Shown piece by piece: positions 1 through 9,816 of a stretch of DNA of 64,000 nt. A program made the position numbers and the translations under genes. How positions within the stretch are numbered: the stretch's first letter is position 1; each line of letters begins with the position of its first letter. Under the pieces are notes generated by a model. That model worked only from the letters and a program-made list of their open reading frames with translations, ran no database searches and had not been told where the DNA came from. This DNA is from Chloroflexota bacterium (GTDB lineage Bacteria; Chloroflexota; Dehalococcoidia; JACPQK01). Location: positions 2,877 to 66,876 of the forward strand of contig JACPQM010000023.1 in assembly GCA_016190505.1 (NCBI GenBank), in the 5' to 3' direction.

Positions 1-2
1 AC

Positions 3-776
3 ACGGTCAGGGGCGTCATCGCCAGATACACGCGCGAGGCCGGGGTGCGCAACCTGGAGCGGGAGATCGGCACGGTCTGCCGTAAAGTCGCCCGCCGCCT
101 AGCGGAGGGGGAGAGTGGTCCTTACACCGTATCGCCCGACGACCTGGCCACCTACCTCGGGCCTACCAGGTTCCGGTCCGAGACCGCCGAGGCTAGCGAC
201 GAAGTCGGCGTGGCCACCGGCCTGGCCTGGACCCCGGTGGGCGGCGAGATCCTGCACGTGGAGGCGACCATCGTGCCAGGCAGGGGCAACCTCATCCTCA
301 CCGGTAAGCTGGGCGACGTCATGCAGGAGTCGGCCAAGGCAGCTCTGACCTATGCCCGCTCCCGGGCCGAGTCGCTGGGGGCTCCCAAGGACTTCTATGA
401 GAAGTACGATATCCACGTCCATCTGCCGGCCGGGGCCATTCCTAAGGACGGCCCGTCCGCGGGCATCACCATGACCACGGCCCTGGTCTCTGCCCTCACC
501 AAACGTCCGGTGAGACGCGAGGTGGGCATGACGGGCGAGGTCACCCTGCGGGGCAAGGTCTTGCCCATTGGCGGTCTCAAGGACAAGGTGCTGGCTGCCC
601 ACCGCGCCGGCCTCAAGCGCATCATCATGCCCAAAGATAACGAGAAGGACCTTCCTGAAATCCCCGAGCAGGTGCGCCGCGAGCTGCACTTCGTGCTGGT
701 GGACCACATGGACCAGGTGCTCCAGGAGGCGCTCAGAGACCACGTGGCCCCCGCGCAGGCGGAGGCCGCCAGCTAG
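3..776 (+). CDS. lon: Lon protease, C-terminal part (starts before window)
   Basis: Frame open from nt 3: [34 protein letters not shown] (catalytic Ser), GGLKDK (catalytic Lys). Confidence 0.97.
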   Translation, partial: TVRGVIARYTREAGVRNLEREIGTVCRKVARRLAEGESGPYTVSPDDLATYLGPTRFRSETAEASDEVGVATGLAWTPVGGEILHVEATIVPGRGNLILTGKLGDVMQESAKAALTYARSRAESLGAPKDFYEKYDIHVHLPAGAIPKDGPSAGITMTTALVSALTKRPVRREVGMTGEVTLRGKVLPIGGLKDKVLAAHRAGLKRIIMPKDNEKDLPEIPEQVRRELHFVLVDHMDQVLQEALRDHVAPAQAEAAS

Positions 777-823
777 GCCCTCTCGCGCTGGGTCCCGCAA
801 ACCGTGGATTGGGAAATCTCTTT

Positions 824-1163
824 CGTCATTGCGAGCGAAGCGAAGTCCCGACAAGTCGGGAACGTCGGCACCGTCTGCAGGTTGCTTCGTCGTCCTTCCC
901 CGGAAGGACTCCTTTCAATGAACCGAGCCCCCATGTCAATAGGGGAGTCGGACAGGACGACGTATCAGAGTCGTGCCCCTGGCACCGGGCATGCCCCGTC
1001 ATTGCGAGCGCAGCGAAGTCCCGACACGTCGGGACCCATCGCGCCGTCAGTAGATTGCTTCGTCGTTACGCTCCTCGCAACGACGGAATGCGCACGCCGC
1101 GAGCCGGTTCATTGCTCTACATTGGGTCCCGACGGCTCGGGACCTGTAAGACTCGCAATGACG
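824..1163. repeat. Cluster of GTCATTGCGAG...CTCGCAATGAC-type REP-like palindromes
   Basis: Several gtcattgcgag / ttgcttcgtcg / ctcgcaa(t/c)gac units; 1105-1162 recurs almost identically at 21860-21918. Confidence 0.8.
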
Positions 1164-1177
1164 TCAAGTGCCGCCGA

Positions 1178-1207
1178 TTGACGCTTCGGGCGTATTCTTC
1201 CTATAAT
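1178..1207 (+). promoter_or_regulatory. Putative sigma70-type promoter
   Basis: TTGACG-N18-TATAAT upstream of SD GAAGGAG and ATG 1233. Confidence 0.6.
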
Positions 1208-1232
1208 GGGCCAGCCCCCTGAAGGAGTAGCT

Positions 1233-1583
1233 ATGAGCGCTTTGCAGCACAAAGTTGAAGCCCTGGCCCGGAGCCGGGGAGTAGACCTCTTCGGCGTGGC
1301 CGACATGACGCCGGCCCACCCCCTGATGGCCAGCCTGGGTGGCGACTACCTGACCCGTTTCCCCCGGGCCATCGCCCTGGGCAAGCGCCTGTCGAATACC
1401 GTCGTGGAGCAGCTTCCCAGGGCCAGGGGCGGGCGCCAGCACCTGTCTATCTTCTACACCTACCGTGCCCACAACGATATGGTCGTGCAGGCCCTCAAGG
1501 ACGTTGCCTTCCGGAAACAGAGGCCGCCGAGGTTGGCGCTTAGTGGACCAATGGGAAAGGAGCAGTACCAACAGCATGGCTGA
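1233..1583 (+). pseudogene. Truncated QueG-like/4Fe-4S protein (N-terminal fragment)
   Basis: GVDLFGVAD...FPRAIALG start typical of QueG-like Fe-S proteins, but no Cys clusters follow and the ORF runs into the next gene. Confidence 0.5.
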
Positions 1584-2403
1584 ACCCAAGTACACCCAGA
1601 TCCTGTGGAGTGTCCCCGAGCCGGGCATCGCCCTGATCACCCTCAACCGGCCAGACAGGCTCAACGCCTTCACGGCCACTATGATCACGGAGTGGGTGGA
1701 TGCCATTAACCGCGTCAAGACCGACCGGGCGCTCAGGGTGCTGGTAGTCACCGGCGCCGGTCGGGGTTTCTGCTCAGGAGCGGATGTCAGCGGCGAGCCA
1801 GGCACGGGCCTCCACTGGACTGACGAAAAGAAGGACGCCAAGCCCATAGACCGGCGCAACGTCCTCCGCGAGGGCGTCCAGAAGATACCGCGTGCTCTGG
1901 TGGACCTGGACAAGCCCTACATCGCCGCCATCAACGGGGTCTGCGTGGGCGGCGGCATGGAAATGGCCAACATGTGCGACATCCGCATCGCCTCCACCCA
2001 GGCCCGCTTCGGCGAGATCTTCATGAAACTGGGTTCGATACCTGGCGACGGTGGCTGCTATTTCCTGCCCCGCATCGTGGGCATCGCCAAAGCCATTGAG
2101 CTGATCTGCACCGGCGACATCATTGATGCCCAGGAGGCCCTCCGCATCAACTACGTGAGCAAAGTTGTCCCTCCTGACCAGCTTCTACCGGCCGCCATGG
2201 AGTTGGCCCGCAGGCTGGCCAAAGGGCCTCCGATAGCTGTGGGTATGGCCAAGAGGCTCATCTATCGGGCTTGGGACATGGAGATGAACACCGCTCTGGA
2301 GATGACCGAGCTTATGACGTACATGAACATGACCACCGAGGACCGTGAGGAAGCTAAACGAGCCAAGCGCGAGAAGCGGGAGCCCGTGTTCAAGGGCGAG
2401 TAG
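1576..2403 (+). CDS. Enoyl-CoA hydratase/isomerase family protein
   Basis: ITLNRPDRLNA, FCSGAD, KPYIAAING, GGGMEMANMCD crotonase motifs. Confidence 0.93.
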   Translation: MAEPKYTQILWSVPEPGIALITLNRPDRLNAFTATMITEWVDAINRVKTDRALRVLVVTGAGRGFCSGADVSGEPGTGLHWTDEKKDAKPIDRRNVLREGVQKIPRALVDLDKPYIAAINGVCVGGGMEMANMCDIRIASTQARFGEIFMKLGSIPGDGGCYFLPRIVGIAKAIELICTGDIIDAQEALRINYVSKVVPPDQLLPAAMELARRLAKGPPIAVGMAKRLIYRAWDMEMNTALEMTELMTYMNMTTEDREEAKRAKREKREPVFKGE

Positions 2404-2498
2404 GGGCCACCATCACCAACGAGTTCGGACTACTGCTATTTCCCAGACATATGCGTACCGGCCTCAGGCGGGATAGGCCACTAACCAAGGAGCTGACC

Positions 2499-3011
2499 GT
2501 GGAGTTGAAGACACTTATCCGGGACGTCCCTGACTTTCCCAAAAAGGGGATCATCTTCAAGGACATCTGCCCACTGCTTCAAAACCATACGGCCTTCAGC
2601 CAGGCCGTGGACCAGTTTGCGCGGCGATTCGAGGGCAGTGGGGTGGATGTGATAGTGGGTATCGAGTCCCGGGGGTTCATATTCGGGGCCGCCCTGGCCT
2701 ACAAGATGGGCGCGGCCTTCGTGCCGGTGCGCAAGGTGGGTAAGCTCCCCAGCGAGGTCATCCAGGAGAGCTATGCCCTGGAGTATGGCAATGGCACCGT
2801 GGAGATGCACCGCGACGCCATCGTCTCCGGCCAGAGGGTGCTGCTAGTGGACGACCTGCTGGCCACGGGGGGCACCATGTCCGCTGCGGTGAACCTGGTG
2901 AAGCGCCTGGGTGGCCACGTAGTGGGAGCCGCCTTCCTGGTAGAGCTGACCTTCCTCGATGGCCGCAAGGCCTTGCCGGGCCAGGATGTGGTATCCCTTA
3001 TCCAGTACTAG
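2499..3011 (+). CDS. apt: Adenine phosphoribosyltransferase
   Basis: IRDVPDFPKKGIIFKDI, GIESRGF, YALEYG, VDDLLATGGT; GTG start after AAGGAG. Confidence 0.97.
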   Translation: MELKTLIRDVPDFPKKGIIFKDICPLLQNHTAFSQAVDQFARRFEGSGVDVIVGIESRGFIFGAALAYKMGAAFVPVRKVGKLPSEVIQESYALEYGNGTVEMHRDAIVSGQRVLLVDDLLATGGTMSAAVNLVKRLGGHVVGAAFLVELTFLDGRKALPGQDVVSLIQY

Positions 3012-3022
3012 TCATACTCATA

Positions 3023-4105
3023 ATGGTGCCGATGTCTTCGACAAAGATCAGGCCCATCGAATGGCGTGAGGGCAGGGTCCGCCTGCTGGACCAAACTCGA
3101 CTGCCGGGCGAGGTAGTCTATCTGGACATCACTGACTACAGGGATATGGCCCAGGCCATCAAGACCCTTCAGGTAAGGGGGGCGCCCGCTCTGGGCGTCG
3201 CCGGGGCGTACGGCCTGGTGCTGGCCGCCCAGGCGATCACCGCCGGCGACTGCAGCGCGTTCCTGGCCTCGGTGAAGAAAGCAGCAGTGGAGCTTCGAGC
3301 CACTCGCCCCACGGCCGTGAACCTGGGCTGGGCACTGGACCGGCTTCTGCGGGTAGCCGACCAGGGCGCTCGTGAGGCCGTAGGGGCAATTCATGAATTG
3401 CCCCTACGCTTGTTGAACGAGGCCCACCGAATTGCCCAGGAGGATGAGGCGGGCAACCTGGCCATCGGCCGCCACGGGGCGGAGCTTGTCCCCCAGGGCG
3501 CCAGCGTGCTTACCCACTGTAACGCGGGTGCTCTGGCCACCTCAGCCTACGGTACGGCGCTGGGGGTAGTCCGGGCCGCCTGGGAGCAGGGCAGGATCAG
3601 GCGCGTGTTCAACACTGAGACCCGCCCTTTGCTCCAGGGTGCCCGGCTCACCGCCTGGGAGCTTCTCCAGGACGGTATCCAGACCACCCTCATAACCGAC
3701 TCTATGGCGGGCTACTTCATCCACCGCGGGGAAATAGACTGCGTGGTGGTGGGGGCCGATCGCATCGCCGCCAACGGTGACGTGGCCAATAAGATCGGCA
3801 CCTACACCATCGCCGTGTTGGCGGCGGAGCACGGTATCCCTTTCTATGTGGCGGCGCCAACCTCTACCATTGACCTGTCGGTGCCCAACGGGGAGGCAAT
3901 CCCCATCGAGGAGCGGCGCCCGGAGGAGGTAACGCATATTCAGGGCGTGGCCACCGCGCCGGCCGGGGTGTGGGTGGCCAACCCGGCGTTTGACATAACG
4001 CCACACCAGTACGTTACGGCGATAATCACGGAGAAAGGTGTAGTCCGTGAGCCTTACCAGGAGCGGCTCCGGCGGCTAGTTGGAGAAGTCCAGGCTGCAG
4101 GCTAG
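3023..4105 (+). CDS. mtnA: Methylthioribose-1-phosphate isomerase
   Basis: LLDQTRLP, VRGAPALG, TRPTAVNL, LTHCNAGALAT, ETRPLLQGARLT, GADRIAANGDVANKIGT. Confidence 0.97.
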   Translation: MVPMSSTKIRPIEWREGRVRLLDQTRLPGEVVYLDITDYRDMAQAIKTLQVRGAPALGVAGAYGLVLAAQAITAGDCSAFLASVKKAAVELRATRPTAVNLGWALDRLLRVADQGAREAVGAIHELPLRLLNEAHRIAQEDEAGNLAIGRHGAELVPQGASVLTHCNAGALATSAYGTALGVVRAAWEQGRIRRVFNTETRPLLQGARLTAWELLQDGIQTTLITDSMAGYFIHRGEIDCVVVGADRIAANGDVANKIGTYTIAVLAAEHGIPFYVAAPTSTIDLSVPNGEAIPIEERRPEEVTHIQGVATAPAGVWVANPAFDITPHQYVTAIITEKGVVREPYQERLRRLVGEVQAAG

Positions 4106-4138
4106 AATAAACGTGCATGTGTATGAGGAGGCGTTGAA

Positions 4139-4453
4139 ATGGCTAAGGTAGCTGCTCTGCGGCCAGGACCCGTGCGCGCGGCGGCACTTAACAGGGCCGG
4201 AGGCAAGGATGAGGCTGAGGTGGTACTCACGCGGGAGCAGGTCTTTGAGGCTGTGAGCCGGTTGCCTGTTGAGGACAAGGTGAAGCTGAAGGCGCTATTG
4301 GAGGCCGAGTTCAAGAAGATTGACCGGGAATTCGCTAAGGCCTTGAGGATCCTGGGGACAGAGTATCGGCACATACCAGCGGAGGAGGTGGAGAGGGATG
4401 TCAATGAGCTTGTCTCTGTGGTAAGGAGCGACCGTGCTGAGGGCCGTGATTGA
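4139..4453 (+). CDS. Putative antitoxin
   Basis: Small ORF with SD GAGGAGG overlapping a downstream PIN gene. Confidence 0.6.
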   Translation: MAKVAALRPGPVRAAALNRAGGKDEAEVVLTREQVFEAVSRLPVEDKVKLKALLEAEFKKIDREFAKALRILGTEYRHIPAEEVERDVNELVSVVRSDRAEGRD

Positions 4454-4862
4454 CACGAACGTTGTGGTCAGTGCCGCTATTTCAGCATCGGGGAGCCCAC
4501 GCAGGATTGTGAACAGTGCCTTGCGGGGGTTCTTCGTTGCGCTGACATCAGACCCTTTGCTCGCCGAGTTTGAGGATGTGGCTACGCGGGCGCATGGAAT
4601 CGGAAAGTACCCTGGATTGCTCAGACAAAGCTCAAGGATTAGTGTTTTCCTCAGCGTGTGGTCTGTCGGCGATCCCACCCGGCTGAATCAAACGATTGTG
4701 CGGGAACACCCAGCCGATGACCGCGTGCTGGAGTGTGCCGTTGCGGGGAAGGCAGATTACGTTGTTTCTGGGGACAGGCACTTACTGGCCCTAAGGGAGT
4801 TCCAGGGTATTCCTATCGTAACCCCGACCGAATTCCTCGGGGTACTGAAGCGAGCGAGGTGA
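4434..4862 (+). CDS. PIN-domain toxin (PIN_3 type)
   Basis: RAVIDTNVVVSA ... DDRVLECAVAGKADYVVSGDRHLL. Confidence 0.9.
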   Translation: MLRAVIDTNVVVSAAISASGSPRRIVNSALRGFFVALTSDPLLAEFEDVATRAHGIGKYPGLLRQSSRISVFLSVWSVGDPTRLNQTIVREHPADDRVLECAVAGKADYVVSGDRHLLALREFQGIPIVTPTEFLGVLKRAR

Positions 4863-4864
4863 AC

Positions 4865-5728
4865 ATGGCGCAAGCACGACTTGGCATTATCGGGGGCAGC
4901 GGCCTCTATGAGATGGAGGGGCTCACCGAAGTGCGCGAAGTTGACATAAACACGCCCTGGGGCAAGCCCAGCGACCTGATTGCGGTGGGCAAGCTGGGCG
5001 ACGTCGGCGTGGCCTTTCTGCCCCGGCACGGAAAGGGCCACCGCATACTGCCCACCGAGGTGCCCCAGGAAGCAAACATATATGCCCTGAAGTCGCTGGG
5101 CGTGGAGTTCATCGTATCGGTCAACGCGGTGGGCAGCCTCCAGGAGGAGATCCACCCCCGGGACCTGGTCATTCCCGACCAGGTCATAGACCGGACCAAG
5201 AGCCGGGCCAACACCTTCTTTGGCCGCGGCATCGTGGCCCATCTGGTATTCGCAGACCCCTTCTGCCCCGTGCTCAGCGACATCCTGTACCGGGCGTCGG
5301 TGGAAGCTGGCGCTACCGTCCACCTGGGCGGCACCTGCGTGTGCATGGAGGGACCGCTGTTCTCGACGCGGGCAGAGTCCCATCTCTATCGCTCGTGGGG
5401 GGCCAGCATCATCGGCATGACCGCCCTGCCCGAGGCCAAGCTGGCCCGAGAAGCTGAGATATGCTATGCCTCCCTGGCCTGCGCCACCGACTACGATTGC
5501 TGGCACCAGGCCCACGAGTCGGTAACCATCGAGATGGTCATCGCCAACCTCCAGGCGAACGTGGCCACGTCCAAACACGTCCTGCGCAGCGTGGCGGACA
5601 GCCTGCCCGACCACCGGGCCTGTGACTGTGCCACAGCGCTGCAAGATGCCATAATCACGGACCCCAAGCTCATACCGCCAGACGTCAAACAGAAGCTGTC
5701 CCTGCTCATTGGCAAGTATGTCAAATAG
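4865..5728 (+). CDS. mtnP: S-methyl-5'-thioadenosine phosphorylase
   Basis: GIIGGSGLY, FLPRHG, EGPLFSTRAES, GMTALPEAKLAREAEICY, TDYDCW. Confidence 0.97.
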   Translation: MAQARLGIIGGSGLYEMEGLTEVREVDINTPWGKPSDLIAVGKLGDVGVAFLPRHGKGHRILPTEVPQEANIYALKSLGVEFIVSVNAVGSLQEEIHPRDLVIPDQVIDRTKSRANTFFGRGIVAHLVFADPFCPVLSDILYRASVEAGATVHLGGTCVCMEGPLFSTRAESHLYRSWGASIIGMTALPEAKLAREAEICYASLACATDYDCWHQAHESVTIEMVIANLQANVATSKHVLRSVADSLPDHRACDCATALQDAIITDPKLIPPDVKQKLSLLIGKYVK

Positions 5729-5735
5729 AGGGTGC

Positions 5736-6788
5736 ATGGGGAAGCCCTTCGTGCCCCGGGGCCTGGCCACCGCCATCGGCAGCCTGCCCCACACTGACCC
5801 GGAAGCTGGTTGCGCGCTGATGAGGCGCCATCTCCCCGAGATACCGTTGTGGCCGCAGTTGCCCAGGCGCTCGCCACTGGAAAACATGTACGCCCAGTAC
5901 AGCCGCGCCTTCCCGGGGGTGCAAGTTGGCGATGACCGGGTGTGGGTGGACCGCGCTCTGGACCTGACAGAGGGCCTGGCCCGCATCCTGGCCGATTCGG
6001 AGGCGGGCCAGGTCAGCGGCTACGGCCTGACGCCGCAGTATGCCGCGGGGTTCGGAGCTTTCCTTGAGCGCGTCCAGGGAGGTCCGTTGGTAGCGGCAAA
6101 GGGACAGGTCACTGGCCCGGTGAGCTGGGGCCTGACGGTCACCGACGAGGCGAGGCGGCCCCTGCTCTACGACGAGACCCTGGCCCAGGCCATTGCCCAG
6201 ATGCTGCGCCTGCAGGCTGCCTGGCAGGAGGGTGCCCTCCGGGCGGTGTGTCTCCAGACCATCGTGTTCCTCGACGAGCCCTATCTAAGTGCCTTCGGGT
6301 CGGCCTTCGTGTCCCTGTCCCGGGAGCAGGCGGCGTCCCTGATTACCACCACGCTCGAAGGCATCTCTGGGCTGAGGGGTGTTCACTGCTGCGGCAATAC
6401 CGACTGGTCCCTGCTGCTGGAGACGCCCCTGGACATCCTCAATTTCGATGCCTACAGCTTCGCCGTGTCCCTCAGCCTCTATCCCGAGGCGCTGTCCGCG
6501 TTTCTGGAGAGGGGTGGCGTGATTGCCTGGGGCATTGTGCCTAACGAGGCCGGTGCCCTGGCCGGAGAAGATGTGGACAGCCTGCTGGCCCGCCTGGAGG
6601 AGGCCATGGGTCTGCTCGTTGCCAAAGGTCTGGACGTTCACCGGTTGCGGGCCCAGTGCCTGATTACGCCATCGTGCGGTCTGGCGGGACTGACTGAAGT
6701 GCAGGCTGGGCAGGCCCTGTCGCTGACCGCGGCCGTGTCCCGGGCCTTTCGGGCCAGGTACTGGCCCCAGACTCAACGGGGCCATTGA
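5736..6788 (+). CDS. Core (folate-independent, MesB-like) methionine synthase
   Basis: Single MetE-like barrel: TAIGSLPH, KGQVTGP, FLDEP, GVHCCGNTDW, TPSCG zinc motifs; lies in a SAM-cycle cluster. Confidence 0.8.
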   Translation: MGKPFVPRGLATAIGSLPHTDPEAGCALMRRHLPEIPLWPQLPRRSPLENMYAQYSRAFPGVQVGDDRVWVDRALDLTEGLARILADSEAGQVSGYGLTPQYAAGFGAFLERVQGGPLVAAKGQVTGPVSWGLTVTDEARRPLLYDETLAQAIAQMLRLQAAWQEGALRAVCLQTIVFLDEPYLSAFGSAFVSLSREQAASLITTTLEGISGLRGVHCCGNTDWSLLLETPLDILNFDAYSFAVSLSLYPEALSAFLERGGVIAWGIVPNEAGALAGEDVDSLLARLEEAMGLLVAKGLDVHRLRAQCLITPSCGLAGLTEVQAGQALSLTAAVSRAFRARYWPQTQRGH

Positions 6789-6840
6789 ACGACCTGTGGC
6801 ATAATAGGGGGACACTTGTGGTTGCGAAGAGGGAACGGTC

Positions 6841-7185
6841 ATGAAACGAGAGCCGGGAGAACCCTACTACCGGATTGATGCCGCTGAGGCGGAGCAGATG
6901 CTGGACAAAGACCAGGTTGTGTTGGTGGACGTGCGGGGCAAAGAGGACTACGGCAAGGGTCATATCCCCGGGGCTCGCTCCATAGAGCTGGAGCAAGTCT
7001 ACTCCCGGATCAAGGAGCTGAGCGGGGCACCGGCCCTTGTGTTTGTGTGCTACCGGGGGGTCACCAGCGCCCTGGCCTGCGAGGTGGCGGCCGCCGCCGG
7101 CCACCAGAAGGTGTACAACCTTGAGGGGGGCATGGAGAGTTGGGCATCCCGTCGCCTTCCCACCAAGCCGGGTCTCACGCCCTAG
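6841..7185 (+). CDS. Rhodanese-like protein
   Basis: LVDVR, GHIPGA, CYRGVTS loop, LEGGMESW. Confidence 0.9.
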   Translation: MKREPGEPYYRIDAAEAEQMLDKDQVVLVDVRGKEDYGKGHIPGARSIELEQVYSRIKELSGAPALVFVCYRGVTSALACEVAAAAGHQKVYNLEGGMESWASRRLPTKPGLTP

Positions 7186-7249
7186 GTCAGCAGGCCCCGT
7201 TGGCATTGTGACCCCCAATAGTCCTTGCTCTGAAAATGCGCCAAGGCGC

Positions 7250-7445
7250 TGCCCTAACCCCTGGCCCCTTCCCGCTTCGGGAAGGGGTCCCGACAGGTCG
7301 GGATTCCCGTGTCGGGGAGAGGCAGGGAGAGAGGGCCAAAGCGCCATTTTCATCCCCTGTGGTGCTTGTTTCAAGCATGGACGATTCTTGGCAAGTTGAC
7401 CCTCCGTTGTCCCCCTTGCCAAGGGGGACAACAGGGGGTGAGGGC
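7250..7445. repeat. REP-like GC-rich hairpins
   Basis: ccccttcccgcttcgggaagggg and tgtcccccttgccaagggggaca (the latter recurs near 17730). Confidence 0.6.
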
Positions 7446-7453
7446 CGACTGCC

Positions 7454-7969
7454 ATGGGGCGCGCTTGTCTCCTCACTGGGGTGCCGGGGGTGGGCAAGAC
7501 CAGCCTGCTTCGCGAGATTCTCGCGGAGTGCGGCCGCAGCGCCGGCGGGTTCTTTACGGTCGAGGTACGGCAGTCAGGGGAGCGCGTGGGCTTCGACGTC
7601 GTGACCCTCACCGGCGAGGTGGCCACGCTCGCCCGCGTGGGGTTGCGCTCGCCATATCGCGTGGGTAAATATGGCGTAGAGGTGGGCAGCCTGGAAAGAG
7701 TTGGCGTGCCGGCCCTGTCAATGGCGCTCGGTTCTTGTGATATAGTAGTCTGCGATGAGATCGGCAGGATGGAGTTGGAGTCCATTGCCTTTCGGGAGGC
7801 AATGAACGCGGCACTGACGAGCTCGAAGCTGGTCCTAGGTACGATAATGCTGGCCCCTCATCCTTGGGCGGACTGGGTGAAGGCCCAGCCTCAGGTCATG
7901 GTGGTCAACTTGCACCGGGGAAACCGGCAGCAGGTGAAGCAGTTTGTTCTGGAGTGGCTGGGACCATGA
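7454..7969 (+). CDS. Nucleoside triphosphatase (NTPase_1/THEP1 family)
   Basis: GVPGVGKTS Walker A, GGFFT, RVGKYGV, VCDEIGRME. Confidence 0.9.
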   Translation: MGRACLLTGVPGVGKTSLLREILAECGRSAGGFFTVEVRQSGERVGFDVVTLTGEVATLARVGLRSPYRVGKYGVEVGSLERVGVPALSMALGSCDIVVCDEIGRMELESIAFREAMNAALTSSKLVLGTIMLAPHPWADWVKAQPQVMVVNLHRGNRQQVKQFVLEWLGP

Positions 7970-8073
7970 ACAAGGCGAGGCGCATGGCGGTGCTCAAACA
8001 CCGCCGCAGGTACAAGAAGCTCGAAGAGAAGAGGCGCGCTCAGGCGTCTGCACCCGGGAGCGCGAAGAAGTAA
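7966..8073 (+). CDS. 35-aa very basic small protein
   Basis: ATG overlaps the upstream stop (ATGA); its stop directly abuts the next GTG; MNKARRMAVLKHRRRYKKLEEKRR. Confidence 0.6.
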   Translation: MNKARRMAVLKHRRRYKKLEEKRRAQASAPGSAKK

Positions 8074-9657
8074 GTGGTTGCGGTGGTCTCACTGGCCTCA
8101 GAGCTCTTGCGGCCCGAGGTCTATCCCACGCCGCCTGGGCCCATCGAGCTGGTACAGACTCACCTCTCGCTGGTCTTCGTGACCGAGCGCTATGCCTACA
8201 AGGTCAAGAAGCCAGTCAACTTTGGCTTCGTTGACTACACGACGGTCGAGCGACGGCGCTACTTCTGCCGGCGCGAAGTAGATCTGAACCGGCGCCTCTG
8301 CCCCGATATGTACCTGGGTGTGGCGGCCATCTATCAGGACCCCCACGGCCAGTTGCGGCTCACCGAGCCCGACGGGGAGCCGCCCGGGACCGTGGTGGAC
8401 TACGCGGTGGTGATGTGCCGCCTGCCCGCCCAGCGCATGATGGACGTGCTGCTGGCTGGGGGCAAAGTCACCGAGGGCATGGTGGCCCAAATCGCCTCCT
8501 GCCTGGCCCGGTTCCACGCTGAGGCCGAGACCAACGAGCAGATCGCTGTCTATGGTCACCCCGAGGCCATTGGCTTCAACTGGGAGGAGAACTTCCAGCA
8601 GACGAAGCGTTACTTCGGCAATACCGTCTTTCAGGAGCAGTTTGACGCTATCAGTGCCTACGCTGAGGGGTTCCTCGGGGGCAAGCGTGGGCTGTTTCTG
8701 GGGCGAATGGAGCGGGGGCGGGTGCGCGACGGCCACGGCGACCTCCATTCCGCCAACGTGTGCTTTGGCGACAACCTCTATATCTACGACTGCATCGAGT
8801 TCAACGAACGCTTTCGCTATTTGGACGTGGCCAGCGACGTCGCTTTCATGGCCATGGACCTGGACTTCTACGGGCGCCCTGACCTTTCCCGTGCCTTTGC
8901 TGAGCAGTACATTCGCGAGTCGGGCGACGACGAGGTTGCGGAGCTGTTGCCCTTCTACAAGTGCTACCGGGCCTACGTGCGGGGCAAGGTGGAGTCCTTC
9001 CCGCTCGAAGACCCGCTGGCGCTCCCGGAGGCGAGGGAACGTGCTTGCCAGCGGGCCGGGCGCTATTTCCGATTAGCGCACAGCTACACCCGGCGGCTCG
9101 AGCGGCCTACGGTGGTCATCACGGTAGGACTCATCGGCACAGGCAAGAGCACCCTGGCCCGAGCGCTGGCCCACCGGACCGGGATGGAGGTGGTCTCCTC
9201 AGACGAGGTCCGCAAGCGGCTCCAGGGCCTATCGGCTGATGAGCGCCGGCTGGAGCCTTTCCAGGGGGGCATATACAGTGCCGAGGTCTCCCGGCTGACC
9301 TACGACGAGATGTTCCGCCAGGCCGGAGAGGTCCTGGCCGCTGGGCGTTCAGTTCTCCTCGATGCGTCCTTCCGCCGGGCAGAGGAGCGTGCCCGCGCCG
9401 TGGAGGTGGCCCGTGCCGCTGGTGCCGACTTCTGGGCCATCGAGTGCGTGGCTTCTGAGGCGACCATCCGCGAGCGGCTGGAACGCCGGGCACGGGATTG
9501 GCCTGACGCCTCCGACGCCCGCTGGGAGCTGTTCCCACAGATCAAGGGCGAGCACGAGCCGGTCCGGGAGATTCCCTCGCGGTGCCATTTGGTGGTAGAC
9601 TGTTCCGGTCTTGTTGGTGATGCGTTGGACACCGTCGTGTCCGCCATCACCAATTGA
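8074..9657 (+). CDS. APH-like kinase / AAA_33 P-loop fusion
   Basis: THLS, YKVKKPV, DGHGDLH, DCIEFN; C-terminal GLIGTGKST and SDEVRK. Confidence 0.9.
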   Translation: MVAVVSLASELLRPEVYPTPPGPIELVQTHLSLVFVTERYAYKVKKPVNFGFVDYTTVERRRYFCRREVDLNRRLCPDMYLGVAAIYQDPHGQLRLTEPDGEPPGTVVDYAVVMCRLPAQRMMDVLLAGGKVTEGMVAQIASCLARFHAEAETNEQIAVYGHPEAIGFNWEENFQQTKRYFGNTVFQEQFDAISAYAEGFLGGKRGLFLGRMERGRVRDGHGDLHSANVCFGDNLYIYDCIEFNERFRYLDVASDVAFMAMDLDFYGRPDLSRAFAEQYIRESGDDEVAELLPFYKCYRAYVRGKVESFPLEDPLALPEARERACQRAGRYFRLAHSYTRRLERPTVVITVGLIGTGKSTLARALAHRTGMEVVSSDEVRKRLQGLSADERRLEPFQGGIYSAEVSRLTYDEMFRQAGEVLAAGRSVLLDASFRRAEERARAVEVARAAGADFWAIECVASEATIRERLERRARDWPDASDARWELFPQIKGEHEPVREIPSRCHLVVDCSGLVGDALDTVVSAITN

Positions 9658-9816
9658 CAAGCAGATGGAACAACGGGCCGCCACTCGCCCGATACTGGTG
9701 TGCCGTCTGGGCTGGTGGGCCTCTGTAGGTGGCCGTCCCCACTGGTGGCACACGGCGAGTTGATGCCCTGGTCGGGCGACAGCCGGTGGCCGTGTGGGTA
9801 GGAAGAGAGCATACGC

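Noticed and set aside
916-1114. MITE with CAATGAACCG terminal inverted repeats
   Set aside because: These look like degenerate ends of the local GTCATTGCG/CGCAATGAC REP family; there is no target-site duplication and homology extends beyond them.
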